This document shows, piece after piece, positions 8,227 through 18,824 of a stretch of 64,000 bases of DNA. A program made the translations under genes and the position numbers. The notes under the pieces are model-generated. The model made no database searches. It was not told where the DNA came from and saw nothing but the letters and a program-made list of their open reading frames with translations. Numbering within the stretch: position 1 is the first letter of the stretch; every line of letters begins with the position of its first letter. The stretch comes from an uncultured cyanobacterium (lineage in GTDB: Bacteria; Cyanobacteriota; Cyanobacteriia; Phormidesmidales; Phormidesmidaceae), in NCBI GenBank assembly GCA_963702855.1, contig OY969765.1, forward strand, positions 513,766 to 577,765, written 5' to 3'.

Positions 8227-11223
8227 ATGGCACGAGCTTCAGATAGATATGCGCCAGTTCCAGCAGATAGTCTAGAAGTAAGCACTCTAGAAGCAAGGCG
8301 CCGAGGACAGCGGCGGACATTCGCTCAGGCAGGGCGCTGGCTGGTGCTAGGCGTCTTGATAGTGCTGGCGATAGCCTACGCAGTGACCTACTACCTGGCC
8401 GAGGGCCTGTGGTTTGATGAGCTAGGGTTTTTGGCTGAGTTTGTCGTGCGATCGCGTACACAAATCATTCTTGGCACCTTTACTCTACTGGCCAGCCTAG
8501 GCTTCACCTTTTTTAACTTCAACGTTGCCAAACGCCTTCAGTTCAACCGCAACTGCCTGCTGCCTAATCAGGCAAACTTGAGTGTTGGTCTAGGCCTAAG
8601 GGCGCTGCTGCCAGTTCTTCTGTTAATTGGCGTTGTGATTTGCGCCGGGCTATTCCACTACGGCCAGCTAGCGGTGACTGAGCTGCTGACCGTAAGAGCG
8701 CCTATTCCCACCACGCTAGGGCTAAGCTTTACGGCAAACTGGGCGCTAGGGCAGCGATTGATAGCGCAGCCAGTAGCACTAGGACTGGTGATCGGCGGGG
8801 CGATCGCGCTAACTGTCGCCCCGATGTTCCTGATGCGACTCTTTGCGGTAGTACTTAGCGCCTGCTTTAGCATTATTCTGACTGAGGAATGGGCTAGAGT
8901 GCTGCCTGCGCTCAATCCAACCTCATTCGACCAACTAGATCCGCTCTTTGGCCAAGATCTTAGCTTCTATATCTTTCGCTTGCCTCTGTGGGAGCTAGTC
9001 GAGTTTTGGGTTTCGGGGCTGCTGGTATTCGCACTAGCTACGGTAACGCTAGAGTATTTGCTAGCAGGCAATACTTTAAGCCAGGGGCGCTTTGCCGGAT
9101 TTTCGTCTGGGCAGCAGCGGCATTTGTCGGCACTGACCGCTGCTTTGCTAGCGGTAACAGCAGTTACCCACTGGCTTAACCGCTACGAGCTGCTGTACTC
9201 CCAGCAAGGAGTCAGCTACGGCGCTAGCTTTACCGACACCTACGTCAGCGTACCGGTCAACGTAGCGCTCAGCTTTATTTCGCTAGGGCTGTCACTCACG
9301 CTGCTATGGCGCTCCCTGGGTAAGCGCTCTAGGTCTCACCGGCTAGGCGGCGGTATCTTAAGAGCGCGTCCGGTGGTAGGTGCGATCGCGCTTTACCTAC
9401 TTTTTGCCCTGCTTGGGAATACCCTGGCCCCCTGGCTAGTGCAGCGCCTTGCCGTACAGCCTAACGAGCTGCGCCGCGAGCTGCCCTATCTAGAGCGGAC
9501 GATTGCCTTTACCCGCAAAGCGTTTGATCTTACCGATATTCAAACGAGAGAATTTAATCCGCAGGGCAGCCTGACCGCCGCCGATCTTGACGAAAACGAG
9601 CTAACCGTGCGCAACATTCGCCTGTGGGACACGCGGCCCCTGCTAGAGTCAAACCGTCAGCTACAGCAGATCCGCTCTTACTACGAATTTGCCGACGCTG
9701 ACGTGGATAGGTACAGCCTATCAGCGGATGGCGAGTCAACCACTCGTCGTCAGGTGTTGATTTCGGCCAGAGAGCTAGACTACGAGCAAGTGCCTACCGA
9801 CGCCCAAACCTGGGTCAACGAACACTTAATCTACACGCACGGCTACGGCTTTACCATGAGCCCGGTCAACACCGCTGGCCCTAGCGGTCTGCCGGAGTAC
9901 TTCATCAAAGATATTGCCCACGTCCCCAGCTCAGCCACGATTGAGCGCTCTATTCCCATCGGCAAGCCGCGCATTTACTATGGCGAACTGACTGACACCT
10001 ATGTTATGCCCGGCTCTCGCGACCCGGAGCTAGACTATCCTAGCGGCAGTGAAAACGCCTATAACCGCTATGACGGACGCGGCGGCATCAATATTGGCCC
10101 ACTCTGGCGCAGGCTGCTGTTTGCTAAGCATCTAGGCGACTGGAAGATGCTGCTAACCGACAACTTTACGCCCAATACCCAGCTGATGTTTCGGCGTAAT
10201 ATCAAGCACCGGGTGCAGCGACTTGCGCCATTTCTTCAGTTCGATGGCGATCCGTACTTGGTCGTTGCCGATGCGGGCAATGAGTTTTCACCTCCCGGTG
10301 AAGAATCAGGCAGCAACTACTTGTACTGGATGATCGATGCCTACACGACTAGCGATCGCTACCCCTATTCTGATCCGGGCACTAATTCTTTCAACTACAT
10401 TCGCAACTCAGTCAAAACTGTTATCGATGCCTACAACGGCTCTGTTCACTTCTACATTGCGGACGAGGGCGACCCGATTGTTCGCACTTGGGCCGAGACC
10501 TTTCCCAACATGTTCGAGCCGCTTTCGGCCATGCCCGTTGCGCTCAAGGCTCATATTCGCTACCCGCAAGACTTTTCCACTATTCAGTCCAATCAGCTAC
10601 TGATCTACCACATGATCGATCCACAGGTTTTCTACAACCGAGAAGACCAGTGGCGCGCCCCCAACGAGATCTATGCGAACGAACAGCAGGTAGTAGAGCC
10701 CTACTATCTAATTATGGAGCTGCCAGGGGAGCAAGATGGAGAGTTTGTTCTATTGCGTCCGTTTACGCCAGCAAGAAGGAACAATCTAGTGGCCTGGCTG
10801 GCCGCCCGCTCGGATGGCGAACAGTATGGGCGTCAGCTACTCTATCAGTTTCCCAAACAAGAGCTGGTGTTTGGCCCCGAGCAGATAGAAGCGAGAATCA
10901 ACCAAGAGCCCGAGATCTCTCAGCGAATCTCGCTTTGGAACACGCAGGGGTCTCGGGCCAATCAGGGCAATCTTTTGGTCATTCCAATTGAACAATCTTT
11001 GCTGTATGTAGAGCCGCTGTATCTAGAAGCAGAGCAGAACCAGCTACCGATCTTGGCGCGAGTAATCGTAGCCTACAAAAATCGAATTGTTATGGCAGAG
11101 ACTTTAGAAGAAGCGCTAGAGGCTATCTTTAGCGATAGCGAAAGCCGCGCGCCGGCTATTATTCGAGAAGTAGGAGATGAGGAAGGAATAGAAGATCTGC
11201 TGTTCTCGGGTGATGAGGAGTAG
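8227..11223 (+). CDS. UPF0182-family membrane protein
   Basis: LWFDELG, DLSFYIFRLP, NIRLWD.RPL, HL.YTHGYG, PRIYYGE, NYIRNSVK..IDAYNG, FYNREDQW. Confidence 0.9.
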   Translation: MARASDRYAPVPADSLEVSTLEARRRGQRRTFAQAGRWLVLGVLIVLAIAYAVTYYLAEGLWFDELGFLAEFVVRSRTQIILGTFTLLASLGFTFFNFNVAKRLQFNRNCLLPNQANLSVGLGLRALLPVLLLIGVVICAGLFHYGQLAVTELLTVRAPIPTTLGLSFTANWALGQRLIAQPVALGLVIGGAIALTVAPMFLMRLFAVVLSACFSIILTEEWARVLPALNPTSFDQLDPLFGQDLSFYIFRLPLWELVEFWVSGLLVFALATVTLEYLLAGNTLSQGRFAGFSSGQQRHLSALTAALLAVTAVTHWLNRYELLYSQQGVSYGASFTDTYVSVPVNVALSFISLGLSLTLLWRSLGKRSRSHRLGGGILRARPVVGAIALYLLFALLGNTLAPWLVQRLAVQPNELRRELPYLERTIAFTRKAFDLTDIQTREFNPQGSLTAADLDENELTVRNIRLWDTRPLLESNRQLQQIRSYYEFADADVDRYSLSADGESTTRRQVLISARELDYEQVPTDAQTWVNEHLIYTHGYGFTMSPVNTAGPSGLPEYFIKDIAHVPSSATIERSIPIGKPRIYYGELTDTYVMPGSRDPELDYPSGSENAYNRYDGRGGINIGPLWRRLLFAKHLGDWKMLLTDNFTPNTQLMFRRNIKHRVQRLAPFLQFDGDPYLVVADAGNEFSPPGEESGSNYLYWMIDAYTTSDRYPYSDPGTNSFNYIRNSVKTVIDAYNGSVHFYIADEGDPIVRTWAETFPNMFEPLSAMPVALKAHIRYPQDFSTIQSNQLLIYHMIDPQVFYNREDQWRAPNEIYANEQQVVEPYYLIMELPGEQDGEFVLLRPFTPARRNNLVAWLAARSDGEQYGRQLLYQFPKQELVFGPEQIEARINQEPEISQRISLWNTQGSRANQGNLLVIPIEQSLLYVEPLYLEAEQNQLPILARVIVAYKNRIVMAETLEEALEAIFSDSESRAPAIIREVGDEEGIEDLLFSGDEE

Positions 11224-11340
11224 GCACTGCGATATCGTATAGTCGGTGGCATCGGCTCATATGGGTAGCGCCTATTGAGTCTGCCGTTTTCTATTTCTTG
11301 GTGTCTATCTAGTTCTTGGTGTTTATCTAGCGATCGCAAC

Positions 11341-11958
11341 ATGGCTTCTTCTCTTACCAATCAAAGCACCGCATCCGAAAGCGCTTCATCGCTCAAGCCA
11401 CTCACAGTTTACTGGCTAGTCTGTATAGCCGTGGGGTGGCTGTATTTACGCCCAGAGATTGTTCATCTACCTTTTATCTTGAGCAGGTCTCATCTAATCT
11501 CTGTAGGAATAGGACTAGTAACGACGGTTGTAACGATGGCTGCCTACGATAGGGTGGCGACGACTGGGATACGATCGCTTCACTGGCCCACCCTCATCGC
11601 TTTTCCTATTGCTAACGGCATTCTTGAAACCATTCCCTTTCTTGCTAGCTTCAAAATTGGCATAGTACTAGCAGCGCACTTTACCTCGCAGCCACTATGG
11701 CTGTTCCTCGTCGGTACTGTCGCCTTTTTTGCCTATCTAGGCGCAATTCACGCTTTGTTCTGGCTAGAGATTTTACCTCCCCACCTCGACAAAAGCCCCG
11801 CCGCCAAAAATCCTCGCATCGTCTGGATTATCAGCTTAACTATGGTCAGTCTACTGTGGGGCTGGCTGTACTTCGCCTATCAAGACTTTTGGTCTGTAGC
11901 CGCTCTCCATACCCTATTTGACGTAGGCATGGTGTATTCCATCCGCTATCACCTCTAG
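11341..11958 (+). CDS. Hypothetical multi-pass membrane protein, weak CPBP/Abi-like motifs
   Basis: Several TM helices; ILETIPF, GAIH and HTLFD loosely echo CPBP motifs. Start placed at ATG 11341. Confidence 0.55.
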   Translation: MASSLTNQSTASESASSLKPLTVYWLVCIAVGWLYLRPEIVHLPFILSRSHLISVGIGLVTTVVTMAAYDRVATTGIRSLHWPTLIAFPIANGILETIPFLASFKIGIVLAAHFTSQPLWLFLVGTVAFFAYLGAIHALFWLEILPPHLDKSPAAKNPRIVWIISLTMVSLLWGWLYFAYQDFWSVAALHTLFDVGMVYSIRYHL

Positions 11959-12044
11959 GAAGTCGGCCCTAGGAAGTCGGTAAAAGAGCGGGTAAAAGAG
12001 TCGGTAAGAGAGCCGGTATCCATTTCTCACTTCTTCCCGCTTCC

Positions 12045-14414
12045 CTATTCCGCACGCGTGCTGTCGGAATCGCCGCTGTCGGCATTTTCCCCACCAGTTT
12101 CAGACCCGTTTCCAGATCCGGTGGTTTCAGACCCGCTTTCGGAGCGGCTGGTCCCATCTTCAGCGGAATCTGTTGGGCTCTCTTCACCGTCCGAGACAGG
12201 GGGCTCATTGTCTGAGACAGGGGGCAGATCCTCTTCTTCGGGTGCTACTGGTGGGCTCGATGACACATTATCAACCGATAGCGTCAGCTGATAGTCAATA
12301 GCCGCTGTCGATTGGTTAACCACAACAACTTCGTATATGCCGGTCTGAGTGACTTCTCCCGACCAGGTCTTTTGCTCGGAGTCGGCGATGATAGCCGGAC
12401 GCTCTTCGGTCCCGCTCGGTGGGGGATAGATAGAAATTAGCGTGCTCTCACCAGAAGCGTTGAGGTTGAGCCGCAGTAGCTGACCGGCGGTGAGCTGTAG
12501 GGTGTACACTTGGCCGCCGCCTGCGCCAAGTCTGTCGTCGAGCAATTGGCTGTAGGCACCTTCGGCAAACTGAACGTTTTCTCGAAGGCTACCAGAGGCG
12601 ATTTCTTGAGCGGTGTCATCAGCGATCGCATAGTACAGCTGTCCGGTCGGTCGCTGACTAAAGTCACGTCCCACCTGGTCGGGAAACAGCGTCGAGAACT
12701 TGGTATCAGTCAAATCATAGAGCGATCGCTCACTTACATCGACATCGTTTACCTGCGACTCCCAGCGGGCGCGATCGCTCTCGCTGTATTCGCCTATCCT
12801 CTCAACGCTGCGCTGACTGAAGTTGCCCTCTAGCGCGTCTAGCAAGCTGAGCGCGGTATTTTCCCAGCGAATTCGCAAAGGCTCATCTTCAGGAGCACTC
12901 GTGAGCGCCTTGCGACCACCGTTGGGCCCGCTAGTCTCCAACGACGGATACTGGTCATAGAAAAGTCGGTCAACAAGACGCTCGAACGTATTTTCGCCCA
13001 GTCCAATAGCCGTCTGACGGTTACGAATCTCCTGTCTGCGAGCGGCTTCCTCAGGCGAGTAGGGCCCCTGTATAGTCGCGCCGCCGCTAGTGAGCGCCGC
13101 CGGTGAGCCGCCCGAGTTTCTAGGTGAGGACAGCGCTGAGCGCAGCCAGGCTAGTCCCAGGAGAGTAGCCAGCACACCGAGTAAGATCAAGAGAGGCAAT
13201 ATTGCCTGGCGTGAAGCATCCTGATCGCGAATCTCATCATCAGACGGCGGTTCATGATCATCCTTACCATGCGTCATATAGGTAGAAGAAACTTCTTCTG
13301 GTCTAACTGCGTGAGCACCGACAGTCGTCATCGGCACAATGACATCGTCATCATAGACCACCGAAACCTGGGGTTCGTTCGAGCTAGCATCAGACGCGCC
13401 TGTCTCATAAAGCGCAGCCCCATTAACAGCTCCAGCATCCGCTTCGGTAAAGCTACCAGCCGTCATCTGGCTCTCTTGATCTCCCTGAAGCGCTGCAAGA
13501 ACCTCGTCAGTCGTTTGAAAGCGCTGCGCAGGATGCACTGCCAGCATTTTCTCTAGAATGGCCCCTAAGCGAGGGCTAAGCAGATCGAAGCCCTTCCAGA
13601 TACCTTGAGCAGAATTATATAGCTGCTGAGGATCCTGACCAGTAGCGAGGACTAGCAGACTCGCCGCTAGCGCATAAAGATCGCTAGTCGCCTCAGCTCT
13701 GCCAGTATCAAGCTGTTCTTGGGGAATATAGCCTACTTTGCCAATCTGGGTAGAAATTGAGCCGCTACCTTCGAGCGAAAGCCGTTCGCGCACAGCGGCA
13801 GTCATCGCTTTGATGTAGCCTAGATCAACTAGAACGGGTAGGCCATCAGCATGCCGCAAAACAATATTGCTAGGTGAGATATCGCCATGGGCGATACCCA
13901 TTGTGTGTAGATACGAGAGCACAGGCAGCAGATCGTACAGTAGCTGAGTGATCTCGGTCTCGTTGAAGCGTCCGCCCGAGCGCTGACGGGCCTGTAGTAG
14001 CTGCTGATAGGTAGAGCCGTCAACGTAGTCGCGCACGAAAAATAGGCGTCCACCATTCGCGTCCTCGACCTGCAATAGCCGGCGGAATTCAGGAAGCTGT
14101 TTGTGACCTAGCTCGTAGAGCACGCCAGCATTTTGCTCAAATAGCGATCTAGCCTGCTCCAATAGCGTTTTATCTTCTATGGGTGGCACAAAGGGCTTAA
14201 CGACGCAGCGCTCGTGAGTGCGGTTCACGCTTTCAGCATTAGCCTCTTCAGCATTAGCCTCTTCAGCATTAGCATTAGTATTAGCGTCTTCAGCCATGTC
14301 TTCAGCGAGGTAAGTAGGGCCAAATCGCCCCTCTCCTAGCTGATGAATCGCTCGGTAGCGATCGCCCAAAGGCAACGCCGCACCTCCTCCTTCTGCATTC
14401 ATCCCTGAAGTCAT
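12045..14414 (-). CDS. Membrane-anchored Hanks-type Ser/Thr kinase with a large C-terminal extracytoplasmic region
   Basis: LGEGRFG, CVVK, HGDISPSNI, VDLG, GYIPQEQ, SDLYALA; TM helix ILPLLILLGVLATLLGLAWL; acidic tail. Confidence 0.88.
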   Translation of the reverse strand: MTSGMNAEGGGAALPLGDRYRAIHQLGEGRFGPTYLAEDMAEDANTNANAEEANAEEANAESVNRTHERCVVKPFVPPIEDKTLLEQARSLFEQNAGVLYELGHKQLPEFRRLLQVEDANGGRLFFVRDYVDGSTYQQLLQARQRSGGRFNETEITQLLYDLLPVLSYLHTMGIAHGDISPSNIVLRHADGLPVLVDLGYIKAMTAAVRERLSLEGSGSISTQIGKVGYIPQEQLDTGRAEATSDLYALAASLLVLATGQDPQQLYNSAQGIWKGFDLLSPRLGAILEKMLAVHPAQRFQTTDEVLAALQGDQESQMTAGSFTEADAGAVNGAALYETGASDASSNEPQVSVVYDDDVIVPMTTVGAHAVRPEEVSSTYMTHGKDDHEPPSDDEIRDQDASRQAILPLLILLGVLATLLGLAWLRSALSSPRNSGGSPAALTSGGATIQGPYSPEEAARRQEIRNRQTAIGLGENTFERLVDRLFYDQYPSLETSGPNGGRKALTSAPEDEPLRIRWENTALSLLDALEGNFSQRSVERIGEYSESDRARWESQVNDVDVSERSLYDLTDTKFSTLFPDQVGRDFSQRPTGQLYYAIADDTAQEIASGSLRENVQFAEGAYSQLLDDRLGAGGGQVYTLQLTAGQLLRLNLNASGESTLISIYPPPSGTEERPAIIADSEQKTWSGEVTQTGIYEVVVVNQSTAAIDYQLTLSVDNVSSSPPVAPEEEDLPPVSDNEPPVSDGEESPTDSAEDGTSRSESGSETTGSGNGSETGGENADSGDSDSTRAE

Positions 14415-14607
14415 GCAGGCTCTCCTTTATGTACTGTCCACACACATTAGACCACACACATTAGACTAGCGGGTTTTGTGAAAATCAAGGGAGCAGAATA
14501 TTTTTTAGAGTGTTCTAGCGTGTTTTTGATTGGCGGTTTAGATCGGCGATACTAGATACTGGCGTTTTTATCCTAGCGATGGGCAGTTGCTCATCCTACA
14601 GCGGCTT

Positions 14608-16074
14608 ATGAAATCTTTGGGGCGGCATATCTTGGTCGAATTTCACGGCTGTAGCGCCGAAATTTTGAATGACGTGCCTCGTATCGAGCAAGGCATGATT
14701 GACGCGGCAAAGCAGGCAGGCGCTACGATTATTAGCTCTGTATTTCACCATTTTTCGCCGTTTGGGGTGTCGGGCGTCGTCGTGATTCAAGAGAGCCATC
14801 TGGCCATTCATACCTGGCCTGAGTATGGCTATGCCGCGGTCGATTTATTTACCTGCGGCGATTCGGTCAATCCCTGGGTGTCTTATGAAAGCCTCAAGAT
14901 AGCCTTTAAGGCGACGCACGGATCTTCTATAGAAATTAACCGAGGGCAGCGAGAGCTTCTGGAGAAATCAGCGGTGCGAGCAGAGGCTGTTGGCACTGTA
15001 GGGACTGCTGGCACTGTAGGGACTGCTGGCACTGTAGGGACTGCTGGCACTGTAGGGAAAGAGGCAGGAAAAGAGATAGGCAAAGAAGTCGGGAAAGAAG
15101 TCGGGAAAGAGGTAAGTGAAGGAGCAACTGAAGCCCTTCTGCCGCCAAAGCACAGCCGCAGCGTCTGGTTTACCGATCGCGATGAGAATATTGCGCTGTC
15201 GATTCGGCATAAGGGGACGCCGCTGTTTAAGGAAAAGTCGCCGTATCAGCTAGTAGAGGTCTTTGATACGTTTAAGTACGGCAAAATGCTGACCGTCGAT
15301 AAAATGGTGATGTGCAGCGAGAAGGACGAGACGGCCTATCACGAGATGATTGTGCATGTGCCGATGCTAGCTAACACGGAGGATAAGCTGGCGATAAAAA
15401 AGGTGCTGGTGATTGGCGGCGGCGATGGCGGCAGCGTGCGCGAGATCTTGCGACATGAGTCAATCGAGTCGGTGACAATGGTAGAAATTGACGAGGCGGT
15501 TATTCGCGCTTCGCGTGAGTTTTTGCCGTCGCTCTCTTATGCGTTAGACGATCCAAAGCTAGGTCTAATTATTGGCGATGGCATTGAGTATTTGCGTCGG
15601 GCAGCGAATGAGAGCTTTGACTGTATTGTGGTCGATTCTTCAGATCCGGTCGGACCGGCAACTGGGCTATTTAGCGCGGCATTCTATCAAGACGTGTATC
15701 GCTGCTTGACACCGCACGGGGTGATGGTGGCCCAAAGTGAATCGCCTCGGTTCAATCAGGGGGCATTTGTACAGCTAACTCACTGCTTGCAGAATATTTT
15801 TGGGAAAGTGAACATCCACACGTATCTGGCTTTTATCCAAACTTATCCGACAGGCATGTGGAGCTTTACCTACGGGACAAAGAACGGCACGCATCCGGTG
15901 CGATCGCTCAATTCTGCCGCAGCCGCCGAATTTGCGATCGCTCACAACTTGCAGTACTACAATAGCGAGGTCCATCAGGCCGCGTTTGCCTTACCTACCT
16001 TTATTAAAGAGATGTTAGCTGAAGAAAAGACGGCTGAAGAAAAGACGGCTGAAGAAGTACTGGTTCACGATTGA
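14608..16074 (+). CDS. speD-speE: S-adenosylmethionine decarboxylase proenzyme fused to a polyamine aminopropyltransferase (spermidine synthase)
   Basis: N-terminal [26 protein letters not shown] with the E/S self-cleavage site; C-terminal [23 protein letters not shown]; repeat-derived linker between them. Confidence 0.92.
   Translation: MKSLGRHILVEFHGCSAEILNDVPRIEQGMIDAAKQAGATIISSVFHHFSPFGVSGVVVIQESHLAIHTWPEYGYAAVDLFTCGDSVNPWVSYESLKIAFKATHGSSIEINRGQRELLEKSAVRAEAVGTVGTAGTVGTAGTVGTAGTVGKEAGKEIGKEVGKEVGKEVSEGATEALLPPKHSRSVWFTDRDENIALSIRHKGTPLFKEKSPYQLVEVFDTFKYGKMLTVDKMVMCSEKDETAYHEMIVHVPMLANTEDKLAIKKVLVIGGGDGGSVREILRHESIESVTMVEIDEAVIRASREFLPSLSYALDDPKLGLIIGDGIEYLRRAANESFDCIVVDSSDPVGPATGLFSAAFYQDVYRCLTPHGVMVAQSESPRFNQGAFVQLTHCLQNIFGKVNIHTYLAFIQTYPTGMWSFTYGTKNGTHPVRSLNSAAAAEFAIAHNLQYYNSEVHQAAFALPTFIKEMLAEEKTAEEKTAEEVLVHD
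14992..15110 (+). repeat. In-frame 18-bp (GTVGTA x3.5) and 12-bp (GKEx x5) tandem repeats forming the SpeD-SpeE linker
   Basis: GGCACTGTAGGGACTGCT at 14992, 15010, 15028 and partially at 15046, followed by GGGAAAGAAGTC-like units. Confidence 0.9.
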
Positions 16075-16079
16075 TACGT

Positions 16080-17153
16080 ATGCTCGACTCAAATAGTCTT
16101 CGAGAGAACAGCCGCAGAAAGAGCAGGAAGCAACAGATTATTCAGTCGTTTGATCCAAGCGGCGTAGGCCTAGACAATGGCAACCTGTTCGGCTTTCCGT
16201 TTGATTACGAGAGCGCCGATATTATTGTGATTGGGGTACCGTGGGAAGTAACAGTTTCTTTCCATAGCGGCACGGCCAAAGGTCCGCAGGCCGTACTAGC
16301 AGCTTCGCCGCAGCTAGACTTTTATGATTACGACCATCCGACTGGCTGGCAGCAGGGAATCTATATGCCACCTGTGCCAGAGTGGATTTTGCGAGAGAAT
16401 GAGCGGCTGCGATCGCCTGCCAAATCTATCGTACTCGCCACAGAAACCGGCCAGGCCTATGACCAAAGGGCACTCGACCAAGTCAACGATAGCTGTCGTC
16501 GGCTCAATCGATGGCTGTTTACCCAGACGACCCAGGCGCTTGCTGCTGGCAAAAAAGTCGGCGTTATCGGGGGTGACCACAGCGTACCGCTAGGGGCTTT
16601 GCAGGCGATCGCTCAAAAACATGAGCGCTTCGGCGTTTTGCATATCGATGCCCACTGCGATTTGCGCGAAGCCTATCAGGGATTTGAGTTTTCTCACGCG
16701 TCGATTATGCACAACGCGCTGAAGCTGACGCAGGTTTCTAAACTTGTGCAGGTAGGTATTCGCGATGTCTCGCCGCGTGAGATGGCATTTGCAACGCATC
16801 ACGAGAAAATTGTGGTGCACCACGACACGAGTTTAAAGCGATCGCGCTACGCTGGCACCCCCTGGCTCAACCTGTGCCGTCAAATCGTCGCCGACCTACC
16901 TCAGCAAGTCTACGTCAGCTTCGACATCGACGGGCTAGATCCCAAGCTGTGTCCAGCTACTGGCACACCTGTCCCTGGCGGCCTAGAGCTAGAAGAAGCT
17001 TTTTGTTTACTCAAAGTCGTTGCCGATACCCGAGAGATTATCGGGTTCGATCTGTGTGAAGTGGGTCCTGATGAATGGGATGGTAACGTAGCGGCTCGAA
17101 TTATCTACAAACTGTGTAATTTGATGGGACTAACTCGTGACGGAATCGGCTAG
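16080..17153 (+). CDS. speB: Agmatinase-family ureohydrolase
   Basis: GGDHS, HIDAHCD and SFDIDGLDP metal-binding motifs; starts 5 bp after the speD-speE stop. Confidence 0.88.
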   Translation: MLDSNSLRENSRRKSRKQQIIQSFDPSGVGLDNGNLFGFPFDYESADIIVIGVPWEVTVSFHSGTAKGPQAVLAASPQLDFYDYDHPTGWQQGIYMPPVPEWILRENERLRSPAKSIVLATETGQAYDQRALDQVNDSCRRLNRWLFTQTTQALAAGKKVGVIGGDHSVPLGALQAIAQKHERFGVLHIDAHCDLREAYQGFEFSHASIMHNALKLTQVSKLVQVGIRDVSPREMAFATHHEKIVVHHDTSLKRSRYAGTPWLNLCRQIVADLPQQVYVSFDIDGLDPKLCPATGTPVPGGLELEEAFCLLKVVADTREIIGFDLCEVGPDEWDGNVAARIIYKLCNLMGLTRDGIG

Positions 17154-17188
17154 GCGCGCTGTAGAACCCCGAGAGAGCGCCTAGCCGA
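17146..17188 (+). terminator. Stem-loop at the speB 3' end
   Basis: TCGGCTAGGCGC ... GCGCCTAGCCGA, a 12-bp inverted repeat spanning the stop codon. Confidence 0.55.
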
Positions 17189-17961
17189 GCGGAAACTACT
17201 ACGCTTTGACACACCGAGTCTATCTTGTCTTTTTGGGACACGAACCTATCTATAATTGGGCTTTATGACTACATAGATTCTGTGTCTTGTCCGGACACTC
17301 ACCCAAATATTTGTGTTCGCTGGTCTCAGAACTCTGTTTTATCCAAGCTTAAGTAAACTACGCGACGTTGTCTAGCAGTGCAGCAACGTCTGCTGCTATA
17401 AGTTAATGATGTCTCAGGGATTGGCTGAGAGCAAATCGCTAAGAGTAAAACGCTTCGTTAGCTTCCTTATAAGATGTTGATAAAGCATTCTCGGTCTTTA
17501 GTCTGTAAGATTTAGCTTGTGAGAGAGCCTAGCGGTTTTGCCCACATGCTTTCGTCCCATTCAGGCTAGTACCGGCTGGTTTGCGAGGCTGTGCCTTCAT
17601 ATTAATCGCTGTTGTTTAAAGTCTTGGAGAGTAGCGTTTTTGCTGAATTAGATTTGAGATGAAATCAACTATTGCATTAACTGTTGCTTAGTTGAGCGTA
17701 GATACGAGTTCGAGACTAAGGTTGGCTTTCGAGACAGGGTTATCTAAAGATAGATACCTCTACGTCTATCTACCGATGGTGCCTTTATCTGCTATCTCTC
17801 AGATATTTTTAATCTTATTAGATAGCAACAGATTAGATAGGAACAGAAAAAGTCACATTACACAACTTCGCCGTTGAATTAGCTATTGAAGACGTGTAGC
17901 AAGACTTTTTATCAGAATTTTGCATCTCATCAGTTCAAATATCCTAACTCTTTTTAACTTA

Positions 17962-18609
17962 ATGAAAAACACGCTCAAATCATTGTCTATCGCCGTAATT
18001 GGAACTGCAGCACTGACCTTTGGAGCTGGCACAGCTCAGGCGGCCTCCGTATTCGACTTTACCTCTGGACCTAATAGTTTCAATACATCAGCCGGATTCA
18101 GCGACGGCGGGTTGAACCTAACAGTCAATGGCTTCACCAAAGGTAACGATGGTGTAGACGGTACATCCGACGATATGTCACGGTTTGTCTCTACAGTCAA
18201 TGGAAAAGGCTTAGGCGTTACAGAGACTAAGAAACTCGAAGACAAGAGAACGGACGGAGGCGATATGAACCGAAAGTTTGACGAATTTTTGACACTTGCC
18301 TTCAACCGCTCCGTTCGGTTTGTCAGCGCTTCTTTCTCAGACTTTAACTCCAGAGGCAACGTTGAATTTGTTGCAGGTGACCTCTCTCAGAGTAATGGTC
18401 TAGCAAGCACTGTCAGCTACGGCGGCACTGTGGGAAACAACTTCCGATTTGTCACTAACGGCAGAAAAGACGAGTTCTACTTGAGCAGCGTTACAGTCGA
18501 AGAAGTGCCTACACCTGCTCTACTACCGGCTCTGCTAGGCATGGGCGCTGTCGCTGTACGTAAGCGCAAGTCTGCACTCAAAGGAGCTGAACAGTCTGTA
18601 GAAGCCTAA
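17962..18609 (+). CDS. PTPA-CTERM (PEP-CTERM variant) sorting-domain surface protein
   Basis: Signal peptide ending in AQA-AS; Ser/Thr/Asn/Gly-rich body; C-terminus EEVPTPALLPALLGMGAVAVRKRK (motif + TM + basic cluster). Confidence 0.9.
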   Translation: MKNTLKSLSIAVIGTAALTFGAGTAQAASVFDFTSGPNSFNTSAGFSDGGLNLTVNGFTKGNDGVDGTSDDMSRFVSTVNGKGLGVTETKKLEDKRTDGGDMNRKFDEFLTLAFNRSVRFVSASFSDFNSRGNVEFVAGDLSQSNGLASTVSYGGTVGNNFRFVTNGRKDEFYLSSVTVEEVPTPALLPALLGMGAVAVRKRKSALKGAEQSVEA

Positions 18610-18621
18610 CGGGTACATAGC

Positions 18622-18641
18622 GAGCTGAGGCTTCTCAGCTC
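18622..18641 (+). terminator. Hairpin downstream of the PTPA-CTERM gene
   Basis: GAGCTGAG-gctt-CTCAGCTC; a second, imperfect stem follows at about 18646-18689. Confidence 0.55.
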
Positions 18642-18824
18642 ATAAGCTGCGCTGTGGTGGTTGTGCTAGCTCGGCCATCATAGCGCAGCAATCGTGCCTC
18701 AAGCTGGGTTTTGTTTGCGATATCTGTTTGTGATAGACCTGTTTGTCAGAACCTGCTTGTCAAAACTTAGGTCTCCGCTTTTCGCTTAACCATCTGTAAA
18801 AAATTTTATTATCCACTTCTACCT

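Noticed and set aside
14883-15210. Three minus-strand repeat-rich ORFs
   Set aside because: Antisense shadows of the SpeD-SpeE linker repeats.
17189-17961. Long non-coding region as a riboswitch, sRNA or tRNA
   Set aside because: Only short hairpins are present; no cloverleaf or recognisable aptamer. An Infernal/Rfam scan would be needed. The short ORF at 17692 has no support.
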